Shown here: positions 27,282 through 41,500 of the stretch, one piece after another
How positions within the stretch are numbered: the first letter of the stretch is position 1
Layout of the letters: every line of letters begins with the position of its first letter
Source: Octopus sinensis
Taxonomy: Eukaryota
Length of the DNA: 64,000 nucleotides
Direction: 5' to 3'
Assembly (NCBI RefSeq): GCF_006345805.1
Contig: NC_043000.1
Span: forward strand, 47,368,001 to 47,432,000
Made by a program: the position numbers and the translations under genes
Notes under the pieces: generated by a model
What the model saw: only the letters and a program-made list of their open reading frames with translations
What the model was told of the DNA's origin: nothing
Databases searched by the model: none

Positions 27282-29434
27282 TAACTATGATATTTCAGTC
27301 TGCATGGCGAGGGGCCAGCAGGCAGATTCAAGTTGCAAGATGCCAGATGAATCCGGCACGGTGTCATGAAGTTTTGCAGTGGCTAAGGTTTATAATTTAT
27401 CTCAAAAATGAATTTCAAAACCTTAAATTTTGTTCCATCTGTTTCTTCTTTTTTTTTTACATACATATGTGTAGGCCAACGAATTCTTTTCTTGAGAAAG
27501 TGACTGGCGGACTACATCAATCCAAAGAAGAAAATGAGAGAGCTATGGTTAAGTACAACAAAAAGGATTCTGTGTGGTTCAACAGGTAGACTGTATTTAT
27601 TGTTGTAGATTGTTGTTGTCTAACCCCAGATCAACTTTGTTATAACGACCCGTGATCAACAATGCTTTATTCGTAAACATTGCTTTTTTATACACGTTAC
27701 CCAATGTTTTATTTTTAATTTATAGATTAATATATTGGGGACATTTAGCTATCATATCTAACAAATCAAGTTACTACATAGCAGATTCTTTGTTGGCTCT
27801 GTAATTGGAAATGTGTACTTGCTCCTAAGGGGAAACCGAATGAGTCAACGATGGAGAATTTACGATATCGTGAACCAGACGCAGAAACGCAGCCACACCT
27901 CCTCAGAATATACACTACCTTTGTATAGAAAGATTAACACGTTGCACAAAGCAGTCCTTGGAGATGGAATTGTCGCAACTGGAATGCTTATTATCATTTT
28001 CATAGACATTAACACTCTGGAGTACTCAGGATTGGGCAGCAAAAACAACAACAACAATAACTACAGTGAAAATCTCTACACCACTATTTCATCTATTGGA
28101 AATGGCAGCGAAAACTCTTCAGAACGCACCTACACTCTTAACAAATAATAGACTAATTGCATGATGTATGCTTAGATATATAGGAGGCGATGGTCACTGT
28201 TAGTAAACACTACATTTTAGGACCTCTCGTTTACAGCAAACGAGTAGCTAAATGAATAATAGCACCAGTAATAACGACGGAGACCGGAGCCAACATAAGA
28301 TACTTTACACGATCATTTAACATACAAGAAATAGTAAGCAAAGTTTCCTCAAAATACACGCTACAGTCTCAATAAAATGTAAGCTATCACAATTTAATTC
28401 TATGTCTAGAATACATTTTTATCAATTCAGAGCTGTCTCCGATTTCTAAATATAGATACAGTGATTCAGTTGCTTGAAACAAGATGTTTACGTCATCATC
28501 AACATCATCAGCATTAATGACAACCCTAGCAATAATTTCAAACTCTGAGATGGATCAGATTATCAATACAGAAGAGAATCGTTTCTCTTAGAACAGCTAA
28601 CAAACATATCCGTAAAAAAAATAAGTATAGTACTGTTGTAGCTGTTTCGCATTTCTATAATTGGTGATGAATAATTTCGAGAATTAATAATATATTTTGG
28701 CGACTCGTGACATCACATCATTATTCCATTCCACTGAAATTCGTGGTCTCGTGCCAAAGCTAGAAAACATTATTCCGTTGAGATATTTCCAAAAAGTTAT
28801 GCAGCCATTCTGGTTTCTACAGGGAATTAATGGAAAACTTCGTTCATGGTTAAAACAAAAGTAGGAAAATTATATTACATAGAGTCTTGTGGAAACTATT
28901 TTCACATACATCTTTAAAAACAAGCTGATGATAAAACTGAGATAAAAGGTTTAATTCAATTCATCACACATAGATATAAAAGTACAAGTAACATTTTTAT
29001 TTTAACTTTTGAATGTGTGTGTGAGTGTTTGTGTGGGGGCGTGCGAAAATGAATACAGATTTTAAAAGTTGATAACTCAATTTTCAGTTTTATTTAGATT
29101 TAACCAATAAGAAAAAAATGAAGGGGGCTAGATTTTAAGTTTTGGACAAGGGAAACGTTTTTAAAGTGCCACTGGAAGCTTGAAAACGCAGTCGAAGTAC
29201 AAAGAATTGCTTAGGAGTGAATGTTGAATACATACGTATATATGTGAATTACGATTAAATATGAGATAAGTGTGATGCAGGCGAGATAGTTCAGAATGTC
29301 CATAAGAAACGTTTTGGAAGACCGTAGACATCGATGAAGCACCACAAAGTAAGCATCGTACTAGAATCGTACAAGTGAGTTAATATTATTGCACATTTAA
29401 ACGTGGATTCTCTATACAAGCTATACTGCGGTAG

Positions 29435-29820
29435 GGAGGCGCAATGGCCCAATGGTTAGGGCAGCGGACTCGCGGTCATAGGATCGCGGTTTCGATTCCC
29501 AGACCGGGCGTTGTGAGTGTTTATTGAGCGAAAACACCTAAAGCTCCACGAGGCTCCGGCAGGGGATGGTGGTGATCCCTGCTGTACTCTTTCACCACAA
29601 CTTTCTCTCACTCTTACTTCCTGTTTCTTTTGTACCTGTATTTCAAAGGGCCGGCCTTGTCACTCTCTGTGTCACGCTGAATATCCCCGAGAACTACGTT
29701 ACGGGTACTCGTGTCTGTGGAGTGCTCAGCCACTTACACGTTAATTTCACGAGCAGACTTTTCCGTTGATTCGGATCAACCGGAACCCTCGTCGTCGTAA
29801 CCGACGGAGTGCTTCCAACA
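29435..29820 (+). mobile_element. Full-length young tRNA-derived SINE, family C, with 10-bp TSD
   Basis: A-box TGGCCCAATGG, B-box GTTTCGATTCC, tail GACGGAGTGCTTCCAACA; ACTGCGGTAG duplicated at 29425-29434 and 29821-29830. Confidence 0.92.
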
Positions 29821-30997
29821 ACTGCGGTAGACGCCATAAGAGAAACTCCTGTATTGGCTTTTGGTGTAAAAGCACTCTTCTTTACATCGCTAGATGGGAA
29901 ATAACTGACCACCAGCTCCAGCGCAGAGATCGCTCGATCACGTGATTCCGACCTTACTTGGTCTTGCCAATGATGGACGCTCGACGACTAGGTAGCACTG
30001 ACTCATTCTCAAGCCATCATAAATATTACCTCTTGGCATTAATACTGTTTATGTCGCTCATAGATAATTCTAACAAGCTCACTGGCTAATCACGATACCA
30101 GCGCCTGTTCTGGCCTCTGTTATTCTATATATCGGAGACAGAGGGATGAGTCGCTGCTATCTCTAGCAGTGAAGCGTCAAACATTGACAAGCCCATATTT
30201 TGTAACTTAGAGGAGAAATTACAAATTAGTTTAATTTGCAGTTATAAGAACTTAGAGATGACACAGTTAAACCAAGGATGCATGCAAATTAACATCTAAA
30301 AGACATTTAATTTGCAGCTTTCACCTCGGATCATAACGGAAATAATACGACGCATAGGAATAATTATGAAGTTCGTTCAACCTATACTCCAGTTTTACCT
30401 GTCTATAATCCCTCTTTCACTCACGTTCTCTCACTCACTACACACAGACGCACACATATACACATACACATATGCTCACATATAAAAGTACAACTCAGGC
30501 GTGGTTGTGTGGTAAGAGGTTTCCTTCCCAACCACATTGTTCTAAAGCCATTGTGAATGGAATGGATTTGACAAAAGTAAATATATACATATGTATATGT
30601 GTATATATGTGTGTATATATGTATCTATGTGTTTACGTATGTCTTTGTGTTTCTTCCTCACTACCGCTTAACATCCAGTGTTGGTGTGTTTTCGCTCTGA
30701 AACGGCAAAAATACACCGATAGAATAAGTACCAGGCTTGTAAAATAAGTCTTGGGGTCGATTTGTTCGCCTAAAACCCTTCGTGACGGTGCCCCAGCGTA
30801 GCCGCAGTCAAATACCTGAAAGAAATAAAAGATAAAAGATATTTATATACATTACTTAACGTCGAATGACTGAGAAAGGAGTGCTCTATACATGTTGTAA
30901 AGAATATGTGTTTTTTAAACTGAAGCTTAAAGTTTATCTCGCTGTTCGAGTTTGATGCCTGAAGATAGTTGGGGATCAAAACCCTTAGTTCCAGTCT

Positions 30998-31091
<94 letters not shown>

Positions 31092-31282
31092 GTATGTATG
31101 TATATATATATATATATATATAATATATATATATATATGTATGTATGTATGTATATATACATATATACATATAGACAAATCGTATAATCGAACAGTAAAA
31201 GTAACAATAACAAAACACCAACAGGACGTACATATGGAATGTATCAGTTTGACGCTCGGTAACAGTGGTAAAAAAGAGAGGG

Positions 31283-31317
31283 CTTTGATGTTTCGGGCAT
31301 AGCTCTTCGTAAGAAAG
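31283..31317 (-). ncRNA. Mutated minimal type I hammerhead motif in a Penelope-like terminal repeat
   Basis: Minus strand: CTTT-CTTACGA-A-GAGC TAT GCCC-GAAAC-ATC-AAAG. Stem I is CTTT/AAAG; core G5 is mutated. Confidence 0.5.
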
Positions 31318-32374
31318 GAAAACGGAAAAGTCCAGAGAAGGAAAAGTATCACTGTGATTACATTGCCGAAATGACTGGAAGTGGAAAGAGATAGAAAAAG
31401 TGGTTTGGGGAGGCAGAAAAGTTCGAAGATGGCCAGTGTGTGTGTGCGTGTGCGTGTGCTTGTGTGTGTTTGGGGGGGGGGATGTTTAAATCTTCACAGG
31501 TGTGTTTATTATTGATGAATAAGCCGATAACCTCATGAAAATTCTTTTGGTGAATCAAAACTTATCAAAAATTAGGTTCGGAAAAATATCAAGACGTGGA
31601 ACGTGTGTTGATCCTATCATTTTGATAACAAGGAAGAGAACATATCTCTACCGAAGCATAGCTAGTTATAATATGGGTGAATCCCGTAAATCTATCAAAA
31701 GACAATACTACACTAATTTTTTTGTAGACAATGTATACATGGATATGCTAATCTCGATCATGACTTACTGTTTGATTATTAAAATGCCTAAGCTTACAAG
31801 CTTCCTACCCTTTGATCCTTGGATCTTATAAACACATATCGATTTATGTATGCATATCACCTCTGTCTCACACATCGCATACTCTCACCGTCATCTCTGA
31901 CCGTCTCGGCTACCACCATCATCACCACCATCTCCGCCTCTATCACGACAGCTCATACTATTACTATCACCCCCATTACTATCAGTGTTCAGTATGTTAG
32001 TTCAGCATGCTTGTTCAGTCCCTATTTCTCTCACATACCCGTTCATTCTCTTATTATTTTCTCACTGCCACCATCAAAACTACTACTTTTACTAAAGCAT
32101 CATCAACTCTCCCTAAATTTCTTTGTCTCTCCTTTTCTCTCCCTATCTTATTCTTTCTCCTTCTCTCTCTCTCTTTGTCTATTTTGCTACTGCCCCCACC
32201 GTCTTTATGCCAGCTATTACTCTCACCTCAACAAGAAGAATAGTAGAAGTGCCACTGAATAGTGAGTGAGAGGTCAAAGTGTGACACACTGACACAAAGA
32301 AATTAGTTTTTGCATTTATTATAAATGTATATATGTATTTAATGTATGTATGTATGTAATGTATGTATGTAATG

Positions 32375-32425
<51 letters not shown>

Positions 32426-32759
32426 GTATGTATGTATGTATGTATGTATTATGGCCGGATGGATGGACGACAATAAATGTAGGGATAAGCAAGTTAGACA
32501 TATCAATGTATAAAGTATATGAAATACATGAAATACAATAAACTTATACAAGTTTATGTAGAAAAAGGTCCGAGTTACACAATACAAATGATATAGAGAA
32601 TTTTAAAAGGTTTGAAGAGAAGTATTACAATTCCAACAGCTGTTCCTGGAGGTTTGGTGGTCCAAAATAATATTTGTAGATTGATTCCGTCGTAGGATGA
32701 CATGAGCCTCTGTCTTAAGGGAAGATACCTTACATTTGAGGTGTTAAAGGGACACAGAT

Positions 32760-32812
<53 letters not shown>

Positions 32813-34045
32813 AGATTAATAGATAGATAGATAGATAGATTGATAGATAGATAGCTAAAAGTAATTAATTGATTATTTCTACGATTCATAGTCTTTATTT
32901 GCTAACGAGTAACGTCGCAGTAACATGTAATCTGATTTCGGTAATTACTTTGGATGCTTATATAATCACATGCAGACAGAAACACACTTCCGGTTCTAGT
33001 TTTTATTCTCACTGTATTTCTGTAGAAATTTGTATAAACTTGTTACATCAAACACACAAGTACAACACTTTCTAGTCGATTGACCATGCATTGACAAGAA
33101 ATCAGCGTTAAGCAGTACACAAAATGAAACTGTATAGAAAAAAAAACATCGCAATTTTATATAGCAATCCACAACAAAAATCAAAAAATTGTGAAGGCTT
33201 TGCTAATAGTAACACACAAAGCTATATTAAACATAGATACATCACATAAAATATATCATCGGGACCTAATTGATTTAAACATGTTGTCAGTGATTTTTAT
33301 CTGTTATAAAAAATTTTCACGCTTCTTATTTTTGTATATTATTAAATCTTTCGTTGCTTGTCTCATGAGTAATGGGTTGATTTCCAAAATACTTTACGGT
33401 TTAACACAAAGCGCGCAAGCAAGATGTTATTATCACCATCCCCAACACCACATTGTTTAATAAATGGGATGTGTAAGGACTCGAAACATTAATATTGATG
33501 TACAGAAATGTCTTTATTCAAAAGTAACTGTAATAGATTTAGGAAAAGATAAGAAAACATCATTAAAAAATGAAATGAAACTTGAACATTGTTCTGTATG
33601 TAATATATAATATACACACTCTGACAAGCATATCCCTACACACAATTGCATATACACAAATTAGCAATAGCAATGTATATATACATATATATCATAACAT
33701 TATTTGTTAAGGTTATCTCAGATATTCTACTGATATTATAGCCAGCACTAATTTTTGTTATTTATTTCGTATACAAAACGACAGATATAAACAATGAAAC
33801 CGAAGATGAAAAATGGGTAATGGGAGTACATGCCTTATGTCGAGGATTTTTGCCCCCTCATCACCACCAATCTAACACATTAATCAACCTGGAACATATT
33901 ACTTAAATAGCTACTATATATAGTGGTGCATCGTTACTGGATATACCAATTTATATATAAAACTCATTCCTGGAAGCTGGTACGTAAACGTTAATGATTT
34001 GTAGGTACGTGGTATTTCGTTATGCAACTATGATATACTATACGA

Positions 34046-34422
34046 CAGTGCTTCTCAAACCATCTGATGTGGCGTACATGCAGTTTTTCCACAATGTGCC
34101 AGGGACCAGTAATATTTCTTAGTAATATTAATTTATACCGGAAACAATAAATATAATGTAAAGTATAGAAGCCATCTTATCATGGCTAACCACATCGGGG
34201 AGGGGGTGTTACTGTAGCTTTATAGCCCCAAGAGATCGTATAATAAAAGTTAACTTTTTTATCGTATATTTATTTTGTAAACAAATGATACAATGTTACA
34301 TAACATTTAATAAGCATCTTATAGTCATTTTATAATGTTTCTTTCTTTTTTTGGAGACTCGCTGGCAGCTGATTCCTCGCAGATCGGCACCGGCCCGCGG
34401 ACCACCGTTTTGAGTAGCACTA
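34046..34422. mobile_element. hAT (Charlie-like) MITE
   Basis: TIRs CAGTGCTTCTCAAA and TTTGAGTAGCACTA; degenerate 8-bp TSD CTATACGA/CTATAATG; subterminal CCGGCCCGCGGACCAC. Confidence 0.75.
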
Positions 34423-34692
34423 CTATAATGTACCGTTGGAGGATAATTAATGGGCTAGATTGGTGCTGATGAAGAGACAAAAACAAATAATAAAACCCAA
34501 ATATGGCATATATCCCTATTACTCATTTTTCATCTTCGATGTCATTGTTTACATCTGACGTTTCCTATGCGAAATGTAGTAACAAGAATCAGTGTTTGCA
34601 TTAATTTCTAAACAATATCTGTACAACATATGATGTAATAGCACTCCTAACACAGTGGAACACATTATTTACTTATAAAAAAGTTTGATAAA

Positions 34693-35921
34693 CAGAGGTT
34701 GAATAAAATGGAAACACCTTAAAATTTCAAACAAATTTATTTTAATATGGGGTAGGACCGCATTTGGCAGTAATTACAGCTTAAATTCTACGAGATATGG
34801 ACTCATACAAAGTTTGAAATGTTTCCAAAGGAATTTTTGTCCATTCTTCAGCTAAAACAGTCTCCAGTTCTTGTAGTGATGATGGTAAAGGATATCGACT
34901 CCTTGTTTTCCTAAAATGCACCATAAATGTTCAATAATATTGAGATATGGGGACTGTGATGGCCAGATAAGATGTTCAACTTCACTACAACGTTCCTCGT
35001 GTCATTCAGTAACAACTTTAGCTCTGTGAATTGGTGCATTATCATCCTGAAAGATTGCATTTTCCTCCGGAAACAGTTCCGCAACTATAGGGTTAATTCG
35101 ATCAGATAAAATTCTTAAATAGTCTTGACTATTAATTCTGCCATGAAGGGAAGGAAACCATTGAGCCGGCGGATTTCCAAGATATAGCCTCCACCCCAGA
35201 TCATCACAGATCCTCTTCCATGTTCAACATTTGGAAGAAGGTAGTCTGGGTCAAATGCTTCTTTTGGCTGTCTCCACACGTATACTCGGCCGGTTGTCGG
35301 AAATAAGGTAAAGGATGACTCATCGGAGAAAATAACATTCTTCCACTTATCTAGGGACCAATTCAGTAGGTTTATACTCCACTCTATACGCTTTGCAAAT
35401 GTTTGTTTTTGAAAGTAGTGGTTTTCTGATTGCAGCCCTCCCGTGAAATTCGGCTTTATGCAGCACCCGGCGAACAGATTTTGTGGAAACTGGGTTCTCG
35501 AGGCGGCCATTAAGGTCTGCAGCAGTTTTGGGAGCTATACTTTTGTGATCCTTTCTAACAATTTACGTAAGAGTCCGACGGTCTCTATCTGAAAGTTTTG
35601 GTTTTCTTCCAGAGATTTATTTTCGACGAAGAGATTTTCCCATCTTTCTCAAAAGCCTGCTTCCGATACGCTAGCGCTTGCCATAACAAGCACCAACAAT
35701 TTGACCTCTTTGAAAGTCCGACAGATATGTAATTTTAATGAATTTTAATTACCTTTTTCTGATGATATCTGAAAAGAAACAGCAATTTTAGCCAGACATA
35801 TTAAGCAACACTAATAATAGATCGAAAACATAAAAGGGAACAAGCTTTTGACGGTTTTATAGATATCTCAAAATTATGACACTGTGATGCTAGGTGTAGC
35901 TGTTATTTTGTCCAACCCCTG
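34693..35921 (-). mobile_element. Decayed Tc1-like transposon (DD34E transposase pseudogene)
   Basis: TIRs CAGAGGTTGAATAAAATGGAAACACC and GGTGTAGCTGTTATTTTGTCCAACCCCTG; motifs WKNVIFSDESSF, FQDDNAPIH and WPSQSPYLNIIEHLW on the minus strand, with frameshifts. Confidence 0.92.
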
Positions 35922-35984
35922 TATTTATAGTATATTATGGTTGCATAACGAAATACCACGTACCTATAAGTCATTAGTATATAT

Positions 35985-36787
35985 TCTTTTCTGCACTAGA
36001 CACAAGGTCCGAAATTTTGGAGCAGAGCGCCTGTCGATTAGATCTACCCCATTACGCAAATGGTACTTAATTTATCGACGACGAAAGGATGAAAGGCAAA
36101 GTCGACCTCGGCAGAATTTGGACTAAGAACGTAAAGACAGATGAAATACCTGTTTTTTTACTACCCATAAGGGGCTAAACACAGAGGAGACAAACAAGGA
36201 CAGAGAGACGGATTAAGTCGATTATATCGACCCCAGTGCGTAACTGGTACTTAATTTGTCGACCCCGAAATGATGAAAGGCAAAGTCGACCTCGGCGGAA
36301 TTTTAACTCAGAATGTAATGGCAGATGAAATACCTATTTCTTTACTACCCACAAGGTGCTAAACACAGAGGAGACAGACAAGGACAGACAGACGGATTAA
36401 GTCGATTATATCGACCCCAGTGCGTAACTGGTACTTAATTTGTCGACCCCGAAAGGATGAAAGGCAAAGTCGACCTCGGCGGAATTTGAACTCAGAACGT
36501 AACGGCATACGAAATATCGCTAAGCATTTCACCCGGCGCGATAACGATTCTGCCAGCTCGCTACCTTTAAAGAATCTTTTCTACTTTCGGCACAATGCTC
36601 TAGATTTTTGAGGGAGGTGGCAATCGATTAGATCGACCCCAGTACGCAAGTGGTACTTAACTCATCGACCCCGGAGGGGGGAAAGCAAACTCGACCTTGA
36701 CGGAATTTGGACTAAGAACGTAAAGACAGACGAAATGGCGCTAAGCATTTCACTCAGCGTGCTAACGTTTCTGCTTGCTCACCGCCT
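35985..36787 (-). mobile_element. Family A SINE stack: a three-body composite (about 35985-36568, ~183-bp period) plus a further copy (about 36575-36787)
   Basis: Core TGGTACTTAATTT.TCGACCCCG..GGCAAAGTCGACCTCGGC repeated; tail-to-body junctions at 36149/36150 and 36333/36334. Confidence 0.88.
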
Positions 36788-37147
36788 ATATTATCAAGAA
36801 ATATTATAACGTTTAAACGACTCTCATGTTGAAGACGACGTCCGGGGTTTCAGCTCTTGCAGAACAACCTATACAAATGATTTCTTTATAGTGATCACCT
36901 GTATCGTCTTCCATCAAATTTACGTTTCCTGGACAAGTGCACGGTGTACCGCAAGTCAGGTGTCGAGGTGATAGTAGAGCTACGTGAAATGAAGTGTTTT
37001 GTGCAAGAAGACAATGCACCACTAGGTCTAGGTATTGAAAACCACGATCTCGCGATCGCAAGTTCGACATCCTAACAACTAAGCTATGCGCCCTCAAATA
37101 TAATGTAAAACACGTCTCTCTGTCTGTCTCTCTCTCTCTTTAAATAT

Positions 37148-37192
<45 letters not shown>

Positions 37193-37199
37193 TATATAT

Positions 37200-37350
37200 G
37201 TAAAAAGTAAAAAAATATATATACAAGCTGGGACAAGAACGTGAAACACCTAGAAGACGACACAAGAACCACAGGACGGGACATTCGAAGCCCTCAGTCA
37301 TCAGTCAAGAACCGGATCATCTTCGCAATTTCGGCTGATTAATCTTGATA
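37200..37350 (-). mobile_element. Short non-repetitive insert within (TA)n, probable Penelope-like terminal fragment
   Basis: 150-bp island between TA tracts; minus strand has CAGCCGAAAT (possible 3' half of a hammerhead) and CTGATGA. Confidence 0.35.
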
Positions 37351-37371
37351 TGTCTGTCTACATAAATACAT

Positions 37372-37403
<32 letters not shown>

Positions 37404-37438
37404 GCATGTATATATATATACATACATGTATATATCTA

Positions 37439-37496
<58 letters not shown>

Positions 37497-37508
37497 GATA
37501 TATATATA

Positions 37509-37596
<88 letters not shown>

Positions 37597-37619
37597 ATAT
37601 ATATGTATATGTATGTATA

Positions 37620-40172
37620 TATATATATCAAATAGAGATGCTTGTTTATTCACTTTTCACGCGAAAAAGGCTTCACCAATTGCTTCCATACTTATGATGC
37701 ATGAATAATTCCACTTCGAACAAATTATAAGTTCTTCCTTCGATTTTGTTTTTTGTTTTTTTCTTTTTAGAAAATAAAAAAAATATTGCTTGATTTTATA
37801 TATTATTACATTCACTTCTTTAAAAAGGTTTCTCAATGTCAAGTTCCGGTATTGACGAAAAAACGACGAAGTCAGTCCCTGACTAATTTTGATGTCTTCA
37901 TTTCGAGTTTAATTCGCTATTTGTAAACAACGATGATAAACAACGATGATAAAGTATTTACTAAGTTCACAAATTTAAATATTCGGTACAAGATAGTTTT
38001 TAACGTGCTTTTATTTATACGATTTATTTCATTCCATGTCTATCTCATTCAATCCTTGCAATGTTCTCTCTCTCTCTCTGTCTGTCTGTCTGTCTGTATG
38101 CCTCTCTCTCTCTCTCTCTCTCACTCACACATACACATTCCGGTTTAATTTGTTTATTGCACAAATATCAGGTTAAAATTTTGCAATTCAATATGGGGTG
38201 TCCCCCCAAAAAAAGGTATTATTTTGCTTGAATTCGGACACTTCGTTAATTTCCGTGAAAATTTTAAAATTTATTTTCTTTTTCACGCCGTTTCAACTCT
38301 ATGTATTTGTAATTAGTCACACGCGCACACATGTCTTTTTGTATGTACGTTTGTATACATTTATCTATGTGTGTGATTGAGTGAAGTGGCGTGTTGTCAT
38401 GTATAAATGCATGTATAAATACATGTATTATAAATACATGTATAAATACATGTATTATATTATACATGTATAAATACATGTATAAGTACATGTATAAATA
38501 CATGTCATACATAAATACATATGCATACATCTTTTTTGTATGTATGTGTGTGAGAGAGAGAGAGAGTGATATCTAAGTGGTACTCTCTCTCTCACACATA
38601 CACACACGCACACATACATAAAAGAAACATGTATGCCTGTTTATTTATGTATGTACGTATACATGGCAACACACCCCTTCACTCGCTCTCTCACGGACAC
38701 ACATGCACACATCCAGTTCACTTGATTTTTCGATACTGTATGTACATGCATCTCTGTCTATGTATGTGTGTGTGCGTGTGTGGAGGGTGTATGTGTGCGT
38801 GCAGCGTTCCACAATCGTCATAAAAATGCAGAGGAATTTTCTTTCTTGATGCTCCTAATGACACAGGTAAAACATTTGTAACATTGCTTCTCTCCAAGTT
38901 AAGGCACAACAGAGAAATTGCAGTTGCCGTACCATTGCCTGGCATTGCTGCCTCCATTCTTCCAGGAAGATGAACAGCTTATGCTGTTTTTAAATTACCA
39001 CAAATCCTGGTCACAAGTGACAGTCGAATATGCAGCATAAACAAAGATTCGAGTTCAGCAGAAGTATTGTGCCAATGCCACCTTATCATTTGGGATGAAT
39101 GCACCATGCCACATAGAGGTTCAATAGAAGTTCTTGGTAAGACCTTACAGGGCATCAGAGGCAACAATAAATCTATGGGAGGAGTTACATTAGTTTTATT
39201 AAGAGACTTGAGACAGACATTCCCAGTCATTCTGATACGAACAAGAACTGATGAAATAAAAGCATGCATTAAGTCTTCACACCTATGGAATAAAGTACTG
39301 AAGTTCTCCTTCAATACTAACGTGCGAGCTTCATTACATGGGGACCAATGTGCAAAACAGTTTTCAACCTGGCTCCTCCAATTAGGAAATGAGAAAGTAC
39401 CATTTGATGGGAATTGTGATATCAATTTGGCTCATATTTCTATTATGGTGAATTCCTCAGCTGAATTGAAGAACAGGATATTGCCAGACTTAAGTAACAA
39501 TTATAATTCTTATAAACGGTTGTGTGAAAGGACAATTCTTATTCCAAAAAATGACAGTAGCAAGGATTAACCATGAATTAATGAATAAGATTCCAACAGT
39601 CATTAACAATTACAAATCAGTTGATTCAGTCCTTCATTAAAATCAAGCTGTCCATTACCCAACATAGTTCCTTAATTTTCTTGGGCCACCTGGAATTCCT
39701 CCGCATAAACTGTTTTTAAAGGTAGGAATCCCAATAAAGCTTCTAAGAAATTTAGATCCTCCTAAATTATACAATGGGACAAATTGATTGTGAATACATT
39801 ATCACCTAATGTGACAGAAGCTACGCTCATCACTGGATGTGCCTCTGGGGAAGAGGTTTTTATTTCAAGAATTCCAATCAAACCAACAGACATGACATTC
39901 GAGATCAAACGAAGACGATTCCCAGTGCGACTTTGCTTTACAATGTCTATTAATAAACCTCAAGGCTAGTCTTTGAAATCTACTGACTTGCTTTTCTCAT
40001 GGTCAAAATTATGTTGGTTGCTCCAGGATAGGTAGTTTGCAAGACTTATTTGTCTATGCTCCAAACCAGAAAACACAGTATGTTGTTTACTCAGAAGCAC
40101 TTACATAACTTCCTTTAACATATGTGACAGAATTTATCTTTTCATAAAAGCGGTAAATTTTCTATTTTCGTG

Positions 40173-40230
<58 letters not shown>

Positions 40231-40361
40231 GCTATTTTATATTATGAATTCAGAATTGATTTCCCAATTAAAGAATAACAAATTTCTACACAACAAATTT
40301 TGAATTTTTCCCAATATGTAAGGAAAAATTTCATTCCGGGCAACGTCGGGTGCCTCTGCTA

Positions 40362-40362
<1 letters not shown>
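37620..40362 (+). mobile_element. Decayed Helitron; 3' end well supported, 5' boundary tentative
   Basis: 3' hairpin CCGGGCAACGTCGG followed by CTGCTAG at 40336-40362; PIF1 helicase remnant inside; the 5' segment CACGCGAAAAAGGCTTCACCAATT after TA repeats resembles Helitron 5' subtermini. Confidence 0.7.
38825..40108 (+). pseudogene. Helitron PIF1-family helicase pseudogene
   Basis: Motifs in order: FLDAPNDTGKTF (Walker A), [86 protein letters not shown]. Multiple stops and frameshifts. Confidence 0.93.
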
Positions 40363-40427
<65 letters not shown>

Positions 40428-40539
40428 ATTTCGGAATGGTCATTTTGCCAGTTTAGCCAATAAAAACACACGCACTATATATTTGGTGTTACTTTGCTTC
40501 AGTGTTATTTATTTTTTACGTTAATCTTAATCTTATTTC

Positions 40540-40583
40540 GGCCAGAGTTCTTTCGTCACATTCCTGTGACCGCATCAGTGGTC
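40540..40583 (-). ncRNA. Minimal type I hammerhead ribozyme motif, left arm
   Basis: Minus strand: CCA-CTGATGCG-GTCACA GGAA TGTGAC-GAAAG-AA-CTC-TGG. Confidence 0.65.
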
Positions 40584-41207
40584 CTTTGTTTTCTTCTTAC
40601 TTATTTGTGTCTCTCCTTACTAACCGTCAGCCATTTTGTATTTCTATTGCATGTCTTCCTTTGCGCATGTTTATATCTCTATGTGCGTTTATGTGTATTT
40701 AGTGTGTGTATGTGGGGGATGCCTGTAATATTTGTATCTTCTGTTTATATATGTTCATGTAATTTGTAATTTTATATGTTCATGTAATTTGTATTTTGTA
40801 TTTTGTTTTTTTGTTTTTTGTTTTTGTTATTTTTGTTTATTCTTATTTTGTTCATGTGTTTACATCCACACCATTTATTATGTTTTCAGGATCCTCTATC
40901 CTGAAAACATAATAAATGGTGTGGATGTAAACACATGAACAAAATAAGAATAAACAAAAATAACAAAAACAAAAAAACAAAAAAACAAAATACAAAATAC
41001 AAATTACATGAACATATAAAATTACAAATTACTTGAACATATATAAACAGAAGATACAAATATTACAGGCATCCCCCACATACACACACTAAATAAACAT
41101 AAACGCACATAGAGATATAAGCATGCGCAAATGAAGACATGCAATAGAAATACAAAATGGCTGACGGTTAGTTAGGAGAGACACAAATAAGTAAGAAGAA
41201 AACAAAG

Positions 41208-41251
41208 GACCACTGATGCGGTCACAGGAGTGTGACGAAAGAACTCTGGCC
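41208..41251 (+). ncRNA. Minimal type I hammerhead ribozyme motif, right arm
   Basis: CCA-CTGATGCG-GTCACA GGAG TGTGAC-GAAAG-AA-CTC-TGG: stem I CCA/TGG, 6-bp stem II, 2-bp stem III, CUC cleavage triplet; core A9 replaced by C. Confidence 0.65.
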
Positions 41252-41426
41252 GAAATAAGATTAAGATTAATGTAAAAAATAAATAACACTGAAGCAAAGT
41301 AACACCAAATATATAGTGCGTGTGTTTTTATTGGCTAAACTGGCAAAATGACCATTCCGAAATACAACAATATCTGTTTCAACACACGACTTCACATAAA
41401 AAATCTTGCACAACAAATATTAAACG

Positions 41427-41500
<74 letters not shown>

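Larger units (their letters stand above)
40418..41373. repeat. ~955-bp near-perfect inverted repeat with a 5-nt loop; probable inverted pair of Penelope-like termini
   Basis: Arms 40418-40892 and 40898-41373 are reverse complements; loop CCTCT at 40893-40897; about 7 substitutions and 1 indel counted by eye. Confidence 0.97.

Noticed and set aside
29435-29510. tRNA-like cloverleaf with A and B boxes
   Set aside because: It continues into a SINE body with tail and TSD, so it is a SINE head, not a tRNA gene. The same applies at 18968 and 23215.
35985-36787. Regularly recurring motifs superficially like a CRISPR array
   Set aside because: Units are ~183-bp SINE bodies with homologous rather than unique spacers; eukaryotic context and no cas genes.
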